A stretch of DNA of 64,000 bases from a virus (Duplodnaviria; Caudoviricetes), in IMG/VR virus record IMGVR_UViG_3300029288_000077, positions 64,001 through 128,000 of that record, one strand, 5' to 3'. The position numbers and the translations under genes are program-made. The stretch's first letter is position 1. Each line of letters opens with the position of its first letter. This document shows, piece by piece, positions 1 through 9,584 of this stretch. Under the pieces are notes generated by a model. It was not told the DNA's origin, did no database searches, and saw only the letters and a list, made by a program, of their open reading frames with translations.

Positions 1-2
1 GC

Positions 3-1730
3 CGTGGATCTTATACTGGCGCTCCCACTTCTACCTCGCAGCAATCCACTGCGATGGTGCCTATTTACTACGATTACCGGTTTTCTACACCAGACAAGTA
101 CTACTTTCCCAAAGACCGGTTCAATGCCAACTCTACGTGGCGTGATATCTATCGACGCGACGCCACCATCGGTATCGCCACTGACATGTATTCGGAGTTG
201 CCGTGGTCCGACTTTGATATAGAAGCTGTAGACGACCCTAAGATACAGCAGTGTTATGAAGATATGTTTACCGATTTGGCTTTGGCCCCACAAATGCCTT
301 TGTTTTCAAAGGACTTTCTAATACACGGAGAGTTCGTAGGGCACTCCCTGTTCAATGAAACTAAGGGGTACTGGGACCGGATCATCTCCCACAACCCAGA
401 TTATGTGAAAGTCATGGGTGTGGGTTTAGCTTCAGCACAGCCATTATGCTGGTTGCGTCCTACTCCTGACTTTGTGCGTCTTATGAACACTCCAGATCCT
501 CGGGTACGCAAGTACTTGAATACTATCCCTGGTGAAGTGCTGCGCTCGTTTAAGATGGGCAAGGAAGTGTACCTTGAGCCCATGAATACTACGTACATGC
601 CTCGCAAAAACACTTCACAAGAGGTGCGCGGTATATCTGTTTATACTCGTTTGTTCCGCATTAACATGTACGAAGATTTCGTGATGAATGCTTCACTGTC
701 CATAGCCCAACGCAATGCGGCTCCATTGCGCTTGTTCAAGATGGGTGATGTCTCCAGACCTGATGGTTGGATGCCGGGTGCAGAAGACATACAAGCATTT
801 ACCAATTTGTTGGCTACATCGGAGACAGATCCGTTTGCGGCGCTAATCACTCACCCGTACATCACCGTAGACTATGTGGGTGTAAGCGATAAAGTACTGC
901 TGATTTCCCGAGAGTGGGAGTTTATTGAGCGTGTGAAGCTGCTAGCATTTGGTGTGTCAAAAGCATTTCTGGTCGGGGAGACATCTTTTGCATCGAGCGT
1001 AGCAGGTTTGCAGACTTTGCTTGAGCGCCTGGCTAACTTTAGGCTGATGTTTGAAGTCAATCTGATGCGTGACAAACTGGCTAAGCCAGTAGCCGAGATG
1101 AACGATTTTTATGAGCATTCCCAGGCGGAGCTGGACCATAGAGTGCGGGTCAAGAACAAAGCTGAGCGCAGGTTGGTGCTACCCACTTTCAAGTGGAAGA
1201 AAAGCCTTGAACCGACTCAAGATCAATCCTTGATGAACACTTGGCGCGACTACAAAGAGCGTGGTTTGATCTCTGATAAGACTTATTTGGCTGGTGGTGG
1301 TGTAGATATAGAGATTGAAAGACGCAATCTCATTGAAGAGATAGAGTACAAAGAGAAGATGATCGAGGAAGGCAAGATTCAGCCTCCTGGCATGGAAGGT
1401 GAAGAGGGCATGGGTGGTGGTCTTGGCGGTGAAGAGCCGGGGTTGCCTCCGCCTCCGGGCGCACACAGGATGCGTGGCGTTCATCCAAACTTTCCACGTC
1501 GATTGCCGTCTATGAGGCACTGGGCGAAAAAGTTGATGGATGACTACACCCCAGGAGATGAGTTAGATTCAAGTAGGATGAGTGTAGACCAAGCCATGGA
1601 TAGATTTAGCAAGTTGAGTCCAAGGGCTAGGAAACAGTTGCTGCACGAGATCAAAAACAAGGTGCCGTCACAAGAGCCATACATGCTGAATGGTGCCGTG
1701 CGGACGGCAAGGAAGAAGCCACATGAATAA
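3..1730 (+). CDS. Portal protein (5' end lies outside the window)
   Basis: Frame is open from base 3. About 560 aa with portal-like features (RGISVYTRLFR, IAQRNAAPLRLFK, LLAFGVSKAFLVGETSFASS) and a Gly/Glu/Pro-rich C-terminal tail. It precedes the head module. Confidence 0.8.
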   Translation, partial: RGSYTGAPTSTSQQSTAMVPIYYDYRFSTPDKYYFPKDRFNANSTWRDIYRRDATIGIATDMYSELPWSDFDIEAVDDPKIQQCYEDMFTDLALAPQMPLFSKDFLIHGEFVGHSLFNETKGYWDRIISHNPDYVKVMGVGLASAQPLCWLRPTPDFVRLMNTPDPRVRKYLNTIPGEVLRSFKMGKEVYLEPMNTTYMPRKNTSQEVRGISVYTRLFRINMYEDFVMNASLSIAQRNAAPLRLFKMGDVSRPDGWMPGAEDIQAFTNLLATSETDPFAALITHPYITVDYVGVSDKVLLISREWEFIERVKLLAFGVSKAFLVGETSFASSVAGLQTLLERLANFRLMFEVNLMRDKLAKPVAEMNDFYEHSQAELDHRVRVKNKAERRLVLPTFKWKKSLEPTQDQSLMNTWRDYKERGLISDKTYLAGGGVDIEIERRNLIEEIEYKEKMIEEGKIQPPGMEGEEGMGGGLGGEEPGLPPPPGAHRMRGVHPNFPRRLPSMRHWAKKLMDDYTPGDELDSSRMSVDQAMDRFSKLSPRARKQLLHEIKNKVPSQEPYMLNGAVRTARKKPHE

Positions 1731-2166
1731 ATACCTTCTACGTGCAATAGCACAGTTGAAAAAGTATTTGGAACCGGAGGTTAGAACACTTCGGACCAGC
1801 CCCGCAATTGAAAAAATAGAAAGTCCCAGAAAGACCATTGAGTATTTTACAGACAGCATCAGTTCTGGGGAAGGAAGCCTAGATATGGACTCTTCTGAAT
1901 TTGAAGTGGTTTTTACCGGAGGGTGGTCAAAAGAAGACGATGAGATGATATCAAACATGATACAATCTTCTGGTATTGGTTGGGAAGAATATCACATAAC
2001 AAACGCTAGTACGATCTATGTTAATAACAGAAAGAATGCTAACAAAATATTTGAACTAGTTTATGAACAATATAAGGAACGGGGATATGACGAATTCATA
2101 TTGCAAACTGCTTCAGGAGTACTTATTAAAACCAAAGATTCTATCGGACCAAGACAAATAGAGTAA
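1723..2166 (+). CDS. Acidic hypothetical protein with a weak N-terminal tag variant (YLLRAIAQL)
   Basis: ATG 1723 overlaps the portal end and is preceded by AAGGAAG. Confidence 0.6.
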   Translation: MNKYLLRAIAQLKKYLEPEVRTLRTSPAIEKIESPRKTIEYFTDSISSGEGSLDMDSSEFEVVFTGGWSKEDDEMISNMIQSSGIGWEEYHITNASTIYVNNRKNANKIFELVYEQYKERGYDEFILQTASGVLIKTKDSIGPRQIE

Positions 2167-2168
2167 AA

Positions 2169-3353
2169 ATGCTTTCTTATGATCAACACTTGGTGGCTGA
2201 AGTAGAGCGTCTGGCGGGCGGTGCTCAAATACACGATGTAAGGGACGTGATAGCTACTTACAAAAATTGGTTTTCCGTCCTAGAACAGGTACCCGATCAC
2301 GAAGAAGAGGCATTAAAGCGCATAAATGAGTATGAGGATTTATTGCGAGCGTACGTGCAAATGAGAAAATCAGGACAATATCCTAGCATTTACAAAATGA
2401 AGGAAAAGTTTCTATCAGAAGTGAAAGGTGCAATGAACATGAAAGGTGCAATAAATAAGGCGATTGAAGTATTGGCTGAGAAAACCAAAGTGTGGACGTG
2501 GGCCGATGATGATATGGAGTGGCGTAGTGTATCAATAAATGCATATGAAAACATACCAGCACGTGATGTACTGGCATTGGCTGACTCTGCTGGACAGGTA
2601 AATTACCCTAGCGTGTTTGTGAAAGAGAAAATAGTAAACGGCGCTCGCGTAATACGCTTTAAATTCGAGTATAATAATATTGGATTTACGGTAATTGGTG
2701 TACCTACGAGGAGCGAAGCAGAGAAGGCAGTAAAAGGTGCTGGGTGGGGTTATTATTTAGAAGGTTATGAATCTGAACAGGAAGCCGAAGAAAACAGAGA
2801 ACAAAGGAAAAAAGACATCAGTGAAAGTAAAATGCTTCGTACTCTTAGAACTACCAAAGACTGGGATTTTGTAGAGAGTTTGATTGACCAGTATGCAAAC
2901 AGTTTCGAAGCGTATAGTAACCTATCTTTTAATGAAAACATACCACAGGAAATACTACTTGAATGGGTTGATAGTGTAGATGATAGTAATCTTGGACCAG
3001 TATTGGGTATGCTCCCGTTTGATGAAGAAAGTTTTGAAGAACTAATAAATGAGTACAAAGATGATGGAAAAATATTAGCAAGAATCGCAAGCAATCCGTA
3101 TTTACCAAGTTATGTGGCATTAGAATTATTCAATAAATACTTCAATAGCCGAGATGTGGTATATGCATTGTTGAATGAGGAGCCTGCATTTACTTTGGAA
3201 CAATTTGAAAAGATAGTTAATAGATACAAGAATGACAAGTGGATGATGAATAGCGTGTATTTTACTTTAAAGGATCATTACAAGAAATCTCCGGAAAGAG
3301 ACGATATTATCGAAAGAACGGAAAAACTACTCAAAAAATGGTTCCGTATATGA
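2169..3353 (+). CDS. Acidic protein with internal KAIEVLA-tagged domain and C-terminal helical (LRV/HEAT-like) repeats
   Basis: 394 aa. In-frame internal ATGs at 2433/2439 follow GAAAGGTG. The tagged domain is paralogous to 3415..3816. C-terminal repeats such as NLSFNENIP and RIASNPYLP. Confidence 0.7.
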   Translation: MLSYDQHLVAEVERLAGGAQIHDVRDVIATYKNWFSVLEQVPDHEEEALKRINEYEDLLRAYVQMRKSGQYPSIYKMKEKFLSEVKGAMNMKGAINKAIEVLAEKTKVWTWADDDMEWRSVSINAYENIPARDVLALADSAGQVNYPSVFVKEKIVNGARVIRFKFEYNNIGFTVIGVPTRSEAEKAVKGAGWGYYLEGYESEQEAEENREQRKKDISESKMLRTLRTTKDWDFVESLIDQYANSFEAYSNLSFNENIPQEILLEWVDSVDDSNLGPVLGMLPFDEESFEELINEYKDDGKILARIASNPYLPSYVALELFNKYFNSRDVVYALLNEEPAFTLEQFEKIVNRYKNDKWMMNSVYFTLKDHYKKSPERDDIIERTEKLLKKWFRI

Positions 3354-3414
3354 CCATCTACTGACGATTGAAAGGGTGCTTGCGTAGAGTGCATAGGAAG
3401 GGGTTGGCGGCAAA

Positions 3415-3816
3415 ATGAGTAACATTGCAAAAGCTATTGAAGTACTGGCTGGCGAGACCAGGGTGTGGAATTGGAATGAGATCGGGATGGAGTGGACATC
3501 AGCCTTGGTTGGTGTCTCTCCTACGGATTCTGGTGACAAGATTAGTATTATGTATGATGTAGCTATTGGTAATTTAGACGAGAGTTTGATTGATTGGAGC
3601 AATAAAGATGGAATGTATGGTTTAGAGAACACAGACTTCTGGGGTTTGCCTGTTAAAGATGATAAGGTTGGCAATTTTAGGGTGTTACACACTCCATGTC
3701 AAGATGGTCATGTAGATCAAGCATTGTTGGTAGTGGGGCCTAAATCTGCCAAAGAAGCACAACAGGCTGCTATGAAGGCAGGGTACGGTGAATGGTTTGA
3801 AGATTTGCAAGAATAG
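3415..3816 (+). CDS. KAIEVLA-tagged hypothetical protein, paralog of the internal domain of 2169..3353
   Basis: KAIEVLAGETRVWNW vs KAIEVLAEKTKVWTW; VVGPKSAKEAQQAAMKAGYG vs VIGVPTRSEAEKAVKGAGWG. Confidence 0.75.
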   Translation: MSNIAKAIEVLAGETRVWNWNEIGMEWTSALVGVSPTDSGDKISIMYDVAIGNLDESLIDWSNKDGMYGLENTDFWGLPVKDDKVGNFRVLHTPCQDGHVDQALLVVGPKSAKEAQQAAMKAGYGEWFEDLQE

Positions 3817-4042
3817 GCGTCCCTCTACTATTGAGGCAGAACGGTTGGCAGAAACATCTGATGACGGTGTGGCATACATAGTAACCTACAACGATAACTA
3901 TCCAAAGCGTGAATTGGACAGACGTGAAGTAAAACCAAGAAAGCAAATGCAGTCTTTAGAGGATGTGGGTAGGTCGTGGTTGCTGGATCCCGTGGTGCCT
4001 GAACACGGACAGTTTCCCAAAGAAAACAAGAGGAGGTCTTCA

Positions 4043-4312
4043 ATGATAGTTAGAGCAAGGGACGTGTGGACTGATGAGGAAGTAGATATTTCTAGACTCA
4101 TTAAGTTTGCACAAGCTTGGGAACAAATGGGCAGCACAGTATCTAGACAGTTGATAGCTATCATGGAGAGTCCTGAGGCTGAGGTAAATCCACGTGCTAT
4201 CTCTGAAGCTAAAGACTTTATTGGTGGTTTTCACGAAGAGATAGATGCTGCAATCGCTGAGTTTGAAAATACCATGGAACATGCCAGCAGGCCCGGTGAT
4301 GATGAGGAATGA
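4043..4312 (+). CDS. Acidic hypothetical protein
   Basis: Strong SD (GAGGAGGT) before ATG 4043. The frame is also open upstream to 3788. Confidence 0.6.
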   Translation: MIVRARDVWTDEEVDISRLIKFAQAWEQMGSTVSRQLIAIMESPEAEVNPRAISEAKDFIGGFHEEIDAAIAEFENTMEHASRPGDDEE

Positions 4313-4743
4313 GGGCAGATGCTATGAAAAAGATGATAGTAAAAGCTATTGACATGCTATCTGTAAATGGTAGTTCTCAAGAAATAACTGAAGAAGACAT
4401 AGCCAAGGTGGTTGGGTCCAAACCAGATCACTTTGAAACTGGGATGCATGATAATTCTGTGTATGCAGCTTATTTCAACACCTCTATGAAGCGTTCCCCT
4501 AAAGGAATTCATGCCGATGGTGAGTATGGTGAAATATTTATAGATAAAAATGCTCATGTTTATGTTGGTATCTTCAATCCAGAGTATGATGAGAGTGATG
4601 AATACGATGAAGACGAAGATCTTCCAGAACAGCAATTTAATTTTTTCCATGGTACATATCCTGGTACCACAGTACACAGTTTAGCTGAACTAGAAGAGGT
4701 TTGGAACAGCGACGATTGGCACCAGGGCGATCTCACATTGTGA
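4309..4743 (+). CDS. Tagged (MIVKAIDMLS) acidic hypothetical protein
   Basis: ATGA overlap with the upstream stop, tag motif, D/E-rich. Confidence 0.7.
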   Translation: MRADAMKKMIVKAIDMLSVNGSSQEITEEDIAKVVGSKPDHFETGMHDNSVYAAYFNTSMKRSPKGIHADGEYGEIFIDKNAHVYVGIFNPEYDESDEYDEDEDLPEQQFNFFHGTYPGTTVHSLAELEEVWNSDDWHQGDLTL

Positions 4744-5384
4744 TGTTAAATACCTGGCTTGAACAAATCGGCAGCGTGCACGGTATACAAATAAAGTACA
4801 AGGATGAGTCCATATTTATGAAGTTTCTTGGGTTGATATTATTTTTTAATAAGAATTTTGCTAGCTGGTATACCACCACTATCGGCAATACTATTTATTT
4901 TCCAACTCGTAAATGGGTGCAGGAGTGGGAAGATCGAGCGGTAAGAGTGTGCTGGCATGAATTGGTACATGTATTAGATAGAAAGATGCTAAATGATAGA
5001 TTTCCATTTTTCTATGAGCTGATTTATTTATTTCCGCAATGCTTGGCTGTACTGTCAGTATTTTCGCTGTTGTCATTTTTTTCGCTGTGGTTTTTATTTG
5101 CGTTGGTGTTTTTGATTTTTCTTGCTCCCATACCTTCCTGTGGTCGTGCCTGGTTAGAGACCAGGGCCTATGCCATGAATATGTACATAAGCTATTTAAA
5201 GATGGGTGAAGGTTACAATGCTGAACAGCATGTGCAAGTGTTTGAGCCGGAATTTATGAGCGTGAACTATTATTACATGAGTGGTGACTGGAAGCAAACT
5301 AAGGAAAATTTGATAAACTGTTTACGAAAATTGCCGCAAACGCACGTTGCATTCAAAAAAGCACGAGACTGGTATTCCAAGTAA
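4743..5384 (+). CDS. Membrane-associated HExxH zinc metallopeptidase-like protein (DUF4157-like)
   Basis: TTTIGNTIYFP...WHELVH, hydrophobic hairpin, downstream ETRAY. Confidence 0.6.
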   Translation: MLNTWLEQIGSVHGIQIKYKDESIFMKFLGLILFFNKNFASWYTTTIGNTIYFPTRKWVQEWEDRAVRVCWHELVHVLDRKMLNDRFPFFYELIYLFPQCLAVLSVFSLLSFFSLWFLFALVFLIFLAPIPSCGRAWLETRAYAMNMYISYLKMGEGYNAEQHVQVFEPEFMSVNYYYMSGDWKQTKENLINCLRKLPQTHVAFKKARDWYSK

Positions 5385-5429
5385 TTTATCAGCTCAAGAA
5401 AAACAGTACAAGGGTGTAATGGAGGGGCC

Positions 5430-6362
5430 GTGGTAAATATAAAGAGAGAGTCGTATTCGAGTGTGCCTTTCTATTCCTTATCGGCATCAAAAGTGGACTG
5501 TTTCATGGGGTGTCCTAGATTATTTTTATATAGATACCTGAGAAAGCCATTTGACATACAAGAAAACAAATATTTTGCTTTGGGAAACTTGGTACACAAG
5601 ACACTCGAAGTCTTTCACCTAATAGCACAATTTGGTACGATGGTGGTGCCGACCACCACAGCCACAGGACAAAGAGCACCTTTTGATCCTACTCAAGCTG
5701 CAGAGCTGATGAAGTACGCCTTTTATGTAGCCATGCAACAGGAGGGGTCTGAATACAAATTTAGATTAGGGATACTGTCCAAAGAAGACCTGCAAAGTGC
5801 TAAGAACATGCTCAAGAATTATTTAAAGACTGTGAATTGGAATGCAACTACTGTGGGTGTTGAAATAAAGTTTATAATTGACATAGAGGGCATCGAGGTA
5901 CACGGAAAGATAGATAGAGTGGAACTAGATGGGAACGTGTTGAGAATAATAGATTACAAGACCAACAAAAGACCGTATTCAGAAAAAGAAGTTGAAGAGT
6001 CTGTGCAGCTAAGTACTTACAGTCGTTGGGTGGAACAGTCAAAAAATAAGATCATGGAGCATTTTGGTGTTGAGTCGATAATACCAAAATATGAATATAA
6101 CTTCCTGCTTTCTCAAAAGAAGCGAGAGTATACTGTCTCAGAGGCATCTTTACGTGCGGATGCAGAGAAGTACAAGAAGACCATGAGTGCCGTGAGATCT
6201 GGAAAAGGATTTCATCAAAACTTCAGGTATAAGATGTGTGGTTTGTGTGACTATAAAGGGTACTGCCTAGAGGACAAGAAGAATGACATCACAGTGAATG
6301 ATGATAGATGTGCGGAGTGTGACGGTGTTGGGTGCGCTGTTTGCCGAGGAGGGTCTAACTAA
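5430..6362 (+). CDS. PD-(D/E)XK RecB/AddB/Cas4-like exonuclease
   Basis: LSASK..CPR, GNLVHKTLE, VE...GKIDRVE...IIDYKT, C-terminal CxxC-x5-C (candidate Fe-S ligands). GTG start with GGAGG SD. Confidence 0.85.
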   Translation: MVNIKRESYSSVPFYSLSASKVDCFMGCPRLFLYRYLRKPFDIQENKYFALGNLVHKTLEVFHLIAQFGTMVVPTTTATGQRAPFDPTQAAELMKYAFYVAMQQEGSEYKFRLGILSKEDLQSAKNMLKNYLKTVNWNATTVGVEIKFIIDIEGIEVHGKIDRVELDGNVLRIIDYKTNKRPYSEKEVEESVQLSTYSRWVEQSKNKIMEHFGVESIIPKYEYNFLLSQKKREYTVSEASLRADAEKYKKTMSAVRSGKGFHQNFRYKMCGLCDYKGYCLEDKKNDITVNDDRCAECDGVGCAVCRGGSN

Positions 6363-6592
6363 TGTACCATTATGATATACGCAGGAGAAGCAACGCAGCA
6401 CTTGCCCTTCTCAAGGAATTGGCTGTAACACACGGACCATTGTTCATAACGCATGACTTGAAAAAGACTGAAATGGATGACCTAACCAATTATCCATTCG
6501 TTGTATGTGCGGATGAGCACAAAATTGAAGTAATAAAGGACAGGCTTGGAGGTTTGTGCGGGGCTTGTATCTGCGTAGACTACGAGACGTGA
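6362..6592 (+). CDS. Hypothetical protein
   Basis: TAATG coupling to the nuclease gene. Confidence 0.55.
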   Translation: MYHYDIRRRSNAALALLKELAVTHGPLFITHDLKKTEMDDLTNYPFVVCADEHKIEVIKDRLGGLCGACICVDYET

Positions 6593-6606
6593 GGTGGAGG
6601 TGCGCC

Positions 6607-6810
6607 GTGGACAATAACAAACTTTTCGCGAATCTGTTGCGTCGTATTAATCGTAGGTGGTGGGTGCAATATTATGAAACACCGGTGTTTGAATCAATCA
6701 GAGACGAGGATTATACGATGTATGGCATCGCGTATTACAGATGGCTGCGACGACTTGAACTACGGAAGATAATTGATTCTTCGAAAGTTTTTAATGCAAC
6801 CATAGAATGA
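6607..6810 (+). CDS. Hypothetical protein
   Basis: GGAGGT SD before GTG 6607. Confidence 0.5.
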   Translation: MDNNKLFANLLRRINRRWWVQYYETPVFESIRDEDYTMYGIAYYRWLRRLELRKIIDSSKVFNATIE

Positions 6811-6825
6811 GTAAGGTGGTGTGGT

Positions 6826-7008
6826 ATGCATGAAAGCATGCGCAAAATGTTTGTTTATGCGATGCGCGTACTAAAATTAAGCAAGTTCTTTATTGGTCTT
6901 TCTGACAAAGAAAAGCGCACTGTCATAAAGAGGCTTAGATTCCCTTTTGTGTATGGAATCCTTTCGTCAGACATTGAAGAGGTACTTGAAAATGTCAAGA
7001 AAAATTGA
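6826..7008 (+). CDS. Hypothetical protein
   Basis: AAGGTGG SD; fits the tightly packed gene run. Confidence 0.45.
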   Translation: MHESMRKMFVYAMRVLKLSKFFIGLSDKEKRTVIKRLRFPFVYGILSSDIEEVLENVKKN

Positions 7009-7408
7009 TCTTTGTGATGGTAAGTACACTATCATCATTCCTGATAACTGGGGCAAAGAAAAATTCGAATGCCTGCGATACGGCGAAAGTTGGCGTGATT
7101 TGACCGGCGACAAGATGGTTGCAGCTTTATGTGAGGAAATCATAGAACTTCAAGAGAGCATTAAAAGTGGATGTAAAACGCACGTGATAGAGATTGAGGC
7201 GTGTAATACTGCGCTGAAATACGAGAGCGAGAAGTGGGCGGAATGGGAGGCTAAAGCCAGGCTGCTTGCTATGCAGGCAGCAGAACTGGCTTATGACGCC
7301 TACGGTGCTGATGCCAATCCGGAATACTGGTTGGATTGGGTAGAAATGGTTATTAATGCGTGTGACTCCATAAATAAATTCTTGGTGTGGGCTGTAGCAA
7401 AGGAGTGA
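6992..7408 (+). CDS. Hypothetical protein (chimeric C-terminus, see 26-bp repeat)
   Basis: GAGGT SD before ATG 6992; contains LRYGESWRD. Confidence 0.6.
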   Translation: MSRKIDLCDGKYTIIIPDNWGKEKFECLRYGESWRDLTGDKMVAALCEEIIELQESIKSGCKTHVIEIEACNTALKYESEKWAEWEAKARLLAMQAAELAYDAYGADANPEYWLDWVEMVINACDSINKFLVWAVAKE

Positions 7409-7694
7409 GGTAATGACTGCAGGCGAAAGACTGATTTGGGCTGCTTGGTTTGTAAAAGTGTTGGATTTTAATACCAATAACACAGAAATACTAAAAGATT
7501 CGAAAAAATGGGAAGAGTTTGAAAGTGCTCGTATGCATCAAGCGGCAGAATCTGCAACAGGTATTGTTAATAGATTGCGTGAACAAGCAGATAGCATAGA
7601 AGATGGTTTTGGTTTAAATTCTCCGGTTACGAGAATGGTGCATGACATGCTTGGTTTTTATAAACCTGTGTGAAGAAATTATAGAACTTCAAGA
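7130..7694 (+). repeat. 26-bp direct repeat pair (7130-7155 and 7669-7694) bracketing an inserted segment
   Basis: TGTGAGGAAATCATAGAACTTCAAGA vs TGTGAAGAAATTATAGAACTTCAAGA, 24/26 identical, both differences synonymous (CEEIIELQE). Confidence 0.85.
7413..7673 (+). CDS. Hypothetical protein
   Basis: GGAGTGAGGT SD. Confidence 0.6.
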   Translation: MTAGERLIWAAWFVKVLDFNTNNTEILKDSKKWEEFESARMHQAAESATGIVNRLREQADSIEDGFGLNSPVTRMVHDMLGFYKPV

Positions 7695-7733
7695 AAAGCT
7701 TGAAGTATATAAGGAAGCGAAGGAGACGAACAA

Positions 7734-8258
7734 GTGACTAATACGATAAAGCTGGGTGTTGATGGTGATGCTGCATACGCTCTTTATGGGGGAGACTTGG
7801 GCAGCGGTCAAGCACATTTTGTTGACATCGCAGGTGAATACAAGGATGATCCAAATAAGGTGTACGTAAGCTGTCTGGCTGCGTTTTATTCGTTGAGGGA
7901 AGACCTGCATCAACAAGGCATAGAAATTGGAGCACTGAATTATGAGTGGGCAGATGAGGCAAAAGCATTGATGTTTGGACCACCTAGTCAGTTCAACTTC
8001 ATAGAAATAGGCAAGATTCGTAAAATAAATCAGGGAAAACTATGCAATCTTCAAAAACCCCAATCTTACGTAAAGATAAACAGTGTGGAGATTTGCAAAG
8101 GTGAGAGCATGACGGCGTATCTGGTTGTGGAAGACAACATCAGGATTCAAGTGGAGTTGCATGTAGATCGTGCTGGAACTCCCAGAGTACTTGTTAGTAA
8201 GAAGGATGCTTTGATAGTTAATTGCTTCGAAAATGTATACGGAGAAGAAGATGAGTAG
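7734..8258 (+). CDS. Hypothetical protein
   Basis: AAGGAG SD before GTG; 174 aa. Confidence 0.6.
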   Translation: MTNTIKLGVDGDAAYALYGGDLGSGQAHFVDIAGEYKDDPNKVYVSCLAAFYSLREDLHQQGIEIGALNYEWADEAKALMFGPPSQFNFIEIGKIRKINQGKLCNLQKPQSYVKINSVEICKGESMTAYLVVEDNIRIQVELHVDRAGTPRVLVSKKDALIVNCFENVYGEEDE

Positions 8259-8742
8259 AACAAAACTTGCAGTACGTACACTTGCCCCAACTGCCACTCT
8301 TATTGTGTTGTTTGTTTCTCTGTGTATTATTAAAGGGTGCTGCGGTAATGACACCGAAGTTGATGTTGATAACACAGAACTACTGTCAGTGATCAATGTA
8401 GACGATACTTGTTGGATTTGCAAAACAGCAGCGTGTGTGAACATTGATCGGGTACAATTATGGTACTGCAATGACCCAGACGTAGTTTTTTCGTTCATTA
8501 ACGGGTACCGCATGATGATGTATTCTGTTGGGTGCGAACAATTTAAGGAGGCCATGATGAAATGCGGAAAGAAGCATGTACAAGCAGAAAAAGTAACAAT
8601 AGACGATACGGACTCTCTGTACCATCTTTGTGATTTACGTTTAGCCGCCTGCGAAGCATCTGGTGAGAAAGAAGCCTGTGATCGTGCCGAAGACTGCGTA
8701 CAGGCACGGTATCGCGCTGAGTTGGCGAATTCAATGAGATAA
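8251..8742 (+). CDS. Cys-rich membrane-anchored/lipoprotein-like protein
   Basis: Basic N-terminus, hydrophobic helix ending IIKGCC, many further Cys. Confidence 0.55.
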   Translation: MSRTKLAVRTLAPTATLIVLFVSLCIIKGCCGNDTEVDVDNTELLSVINVDDTCWICKTAACVNIDRVQLWYCNDPDVVFSFINGYRMMMYSVGCEQFKEAMMKCGKKHVQAEKVTIDDTDSLYHLCDLRLAACEASGEKEACDRAEDCVQARYRAELANSMR

Positions 8743-8747
8743 ATAGT

Positions 8748-8948
8748 ATGAAAACGAAGAAGACAGTGGATCTAGAAGCCGTGCGTACTGCTGTAGCTGA
8801 CTATATGAGGAGCGAAGGCTGTTCGTGTTGTCAGAATCGGGAAATGCATAAATTACACGAAGAAGTATTAGCCAAATTGCTGCATGTTAGAAAGTACAAG
8901 GACGGATCCGGGTACGACTTCGGAAAATACGAATCAAAGAAGGAATAA
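8748..8948 (+). CDS. Conserved-looking small phage protein (AVADYMRSEGCSCC...DGSGYDF)
   Basis: Fits the gene run; Cys/His motif. Confidence 0.6.
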   Translation: MKTKKTVDLEAVRTAVADYMRSEGCSCCQNREMHKLHEEVLAKLLHVRKYKDGSGYDFGKYESKKE

Positions 8949-8952
8949 AATC

Positions 8953-9345
8953 ATGACTTCTGCGCTCAAAGGTGTGGAGTGGTTTGCAGAGGAAAATGCC
9001 AGGCTTAATGCCCGTATAGCAATATTAGAAGCTCGCATAGAAATGATTGAACTTGAGCGTGATAATGCATGGGCTGAGGTGGCCGAGTTAGAGTCAAAGA
9101 ACGCTGTGTTGGTAGAGCAGGCCATGCACATCAAGTGCCCGTGGCATGAGAAGTTTATAGCCGCAGAGGAGAAGGCCGAGAGGTGGAAGCGGGCGGCTGC
9201 GTTGCTTGCTCCCCGCAATCAGCAAGACGCTAGTGAGACGGTGGAAGATACTGTGGCGTGGGCGTACTCGGAAGCCGCGCCCAAAGAGCCTGGTGCTGTG
9301 TGTCCAGAGTGTGGTGGTAGCGGCAAAGTAAGGACCCGAGGATAG
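8953..9345 (+). CDS. Coiled-coil protein with a DnaJ-type zinc finger interrupted by a frameshift (second CxxC in +1 frame, to 9418)
   Basis: CPECGGSG is followed by a stop; the +1 frame continues DRYWIGSAPCPTC...*. Confidence 0.6.
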   Translation: MTSALKGVEWFAEENARLNARIAILEARIEMIELERDNAWAEVAELESKNAVLVEQAMHIKCPWHEKFIAAEEKAERWKRAAALLAPRNQQDASETVEDTVAWAYSEAAPKEPGAVCPECGGSGKVRTRG

Positions 9346-9419
9346 GTATTGGATTGGATCTGCACCATGCCCTACCTGCAGCCAAAAGCGTTCGGTGTCT
9401 CAGGAAAAGGAGGAATGAG

Positions 9420-9584
9420 ATGGTATCAAATAAACGTGTAGTGCGCGCAGACCAGTCTCCGATGAACCCGAAGCGATGGTGCTTGACGTTGGAGTGCGGA
9501 CACGAGGTGTGGGTTACTGCCAAGCGACGTCCGAAACGTGCAATGATCATCTGTGTGGAGTGCGGAAGAAGTAAAAATGTTTGA
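9420..9584 (+). CDS. Small zinc-ribbon protein (WCLTLECGH...CVEC), paralog of 16749..16943
   Basis: AGGAGG SD; near-identical motif in the second copy. Confidence 0.7.
   Translation: MVSNKRVVRADQSPMNPKRWCLTLECGHEVWVTAKRRPKRAMIICVECGRSKNV

Noticed and set aside
3788-4042. Upstream extension of ORF 3788..4312 as a frameshift continuation of 3415..3816
   Set aside because: No slippery site seen; 3415 ends where its paralogous domain ends; 4043 has its own strong SD. Status unresolved.
5430-6362. Cas4 / CRISPR system
   Set aside because: No repeat-spacer array or other cas genes; stand-alone PD-(D/E)XK nucleases are common in phages.
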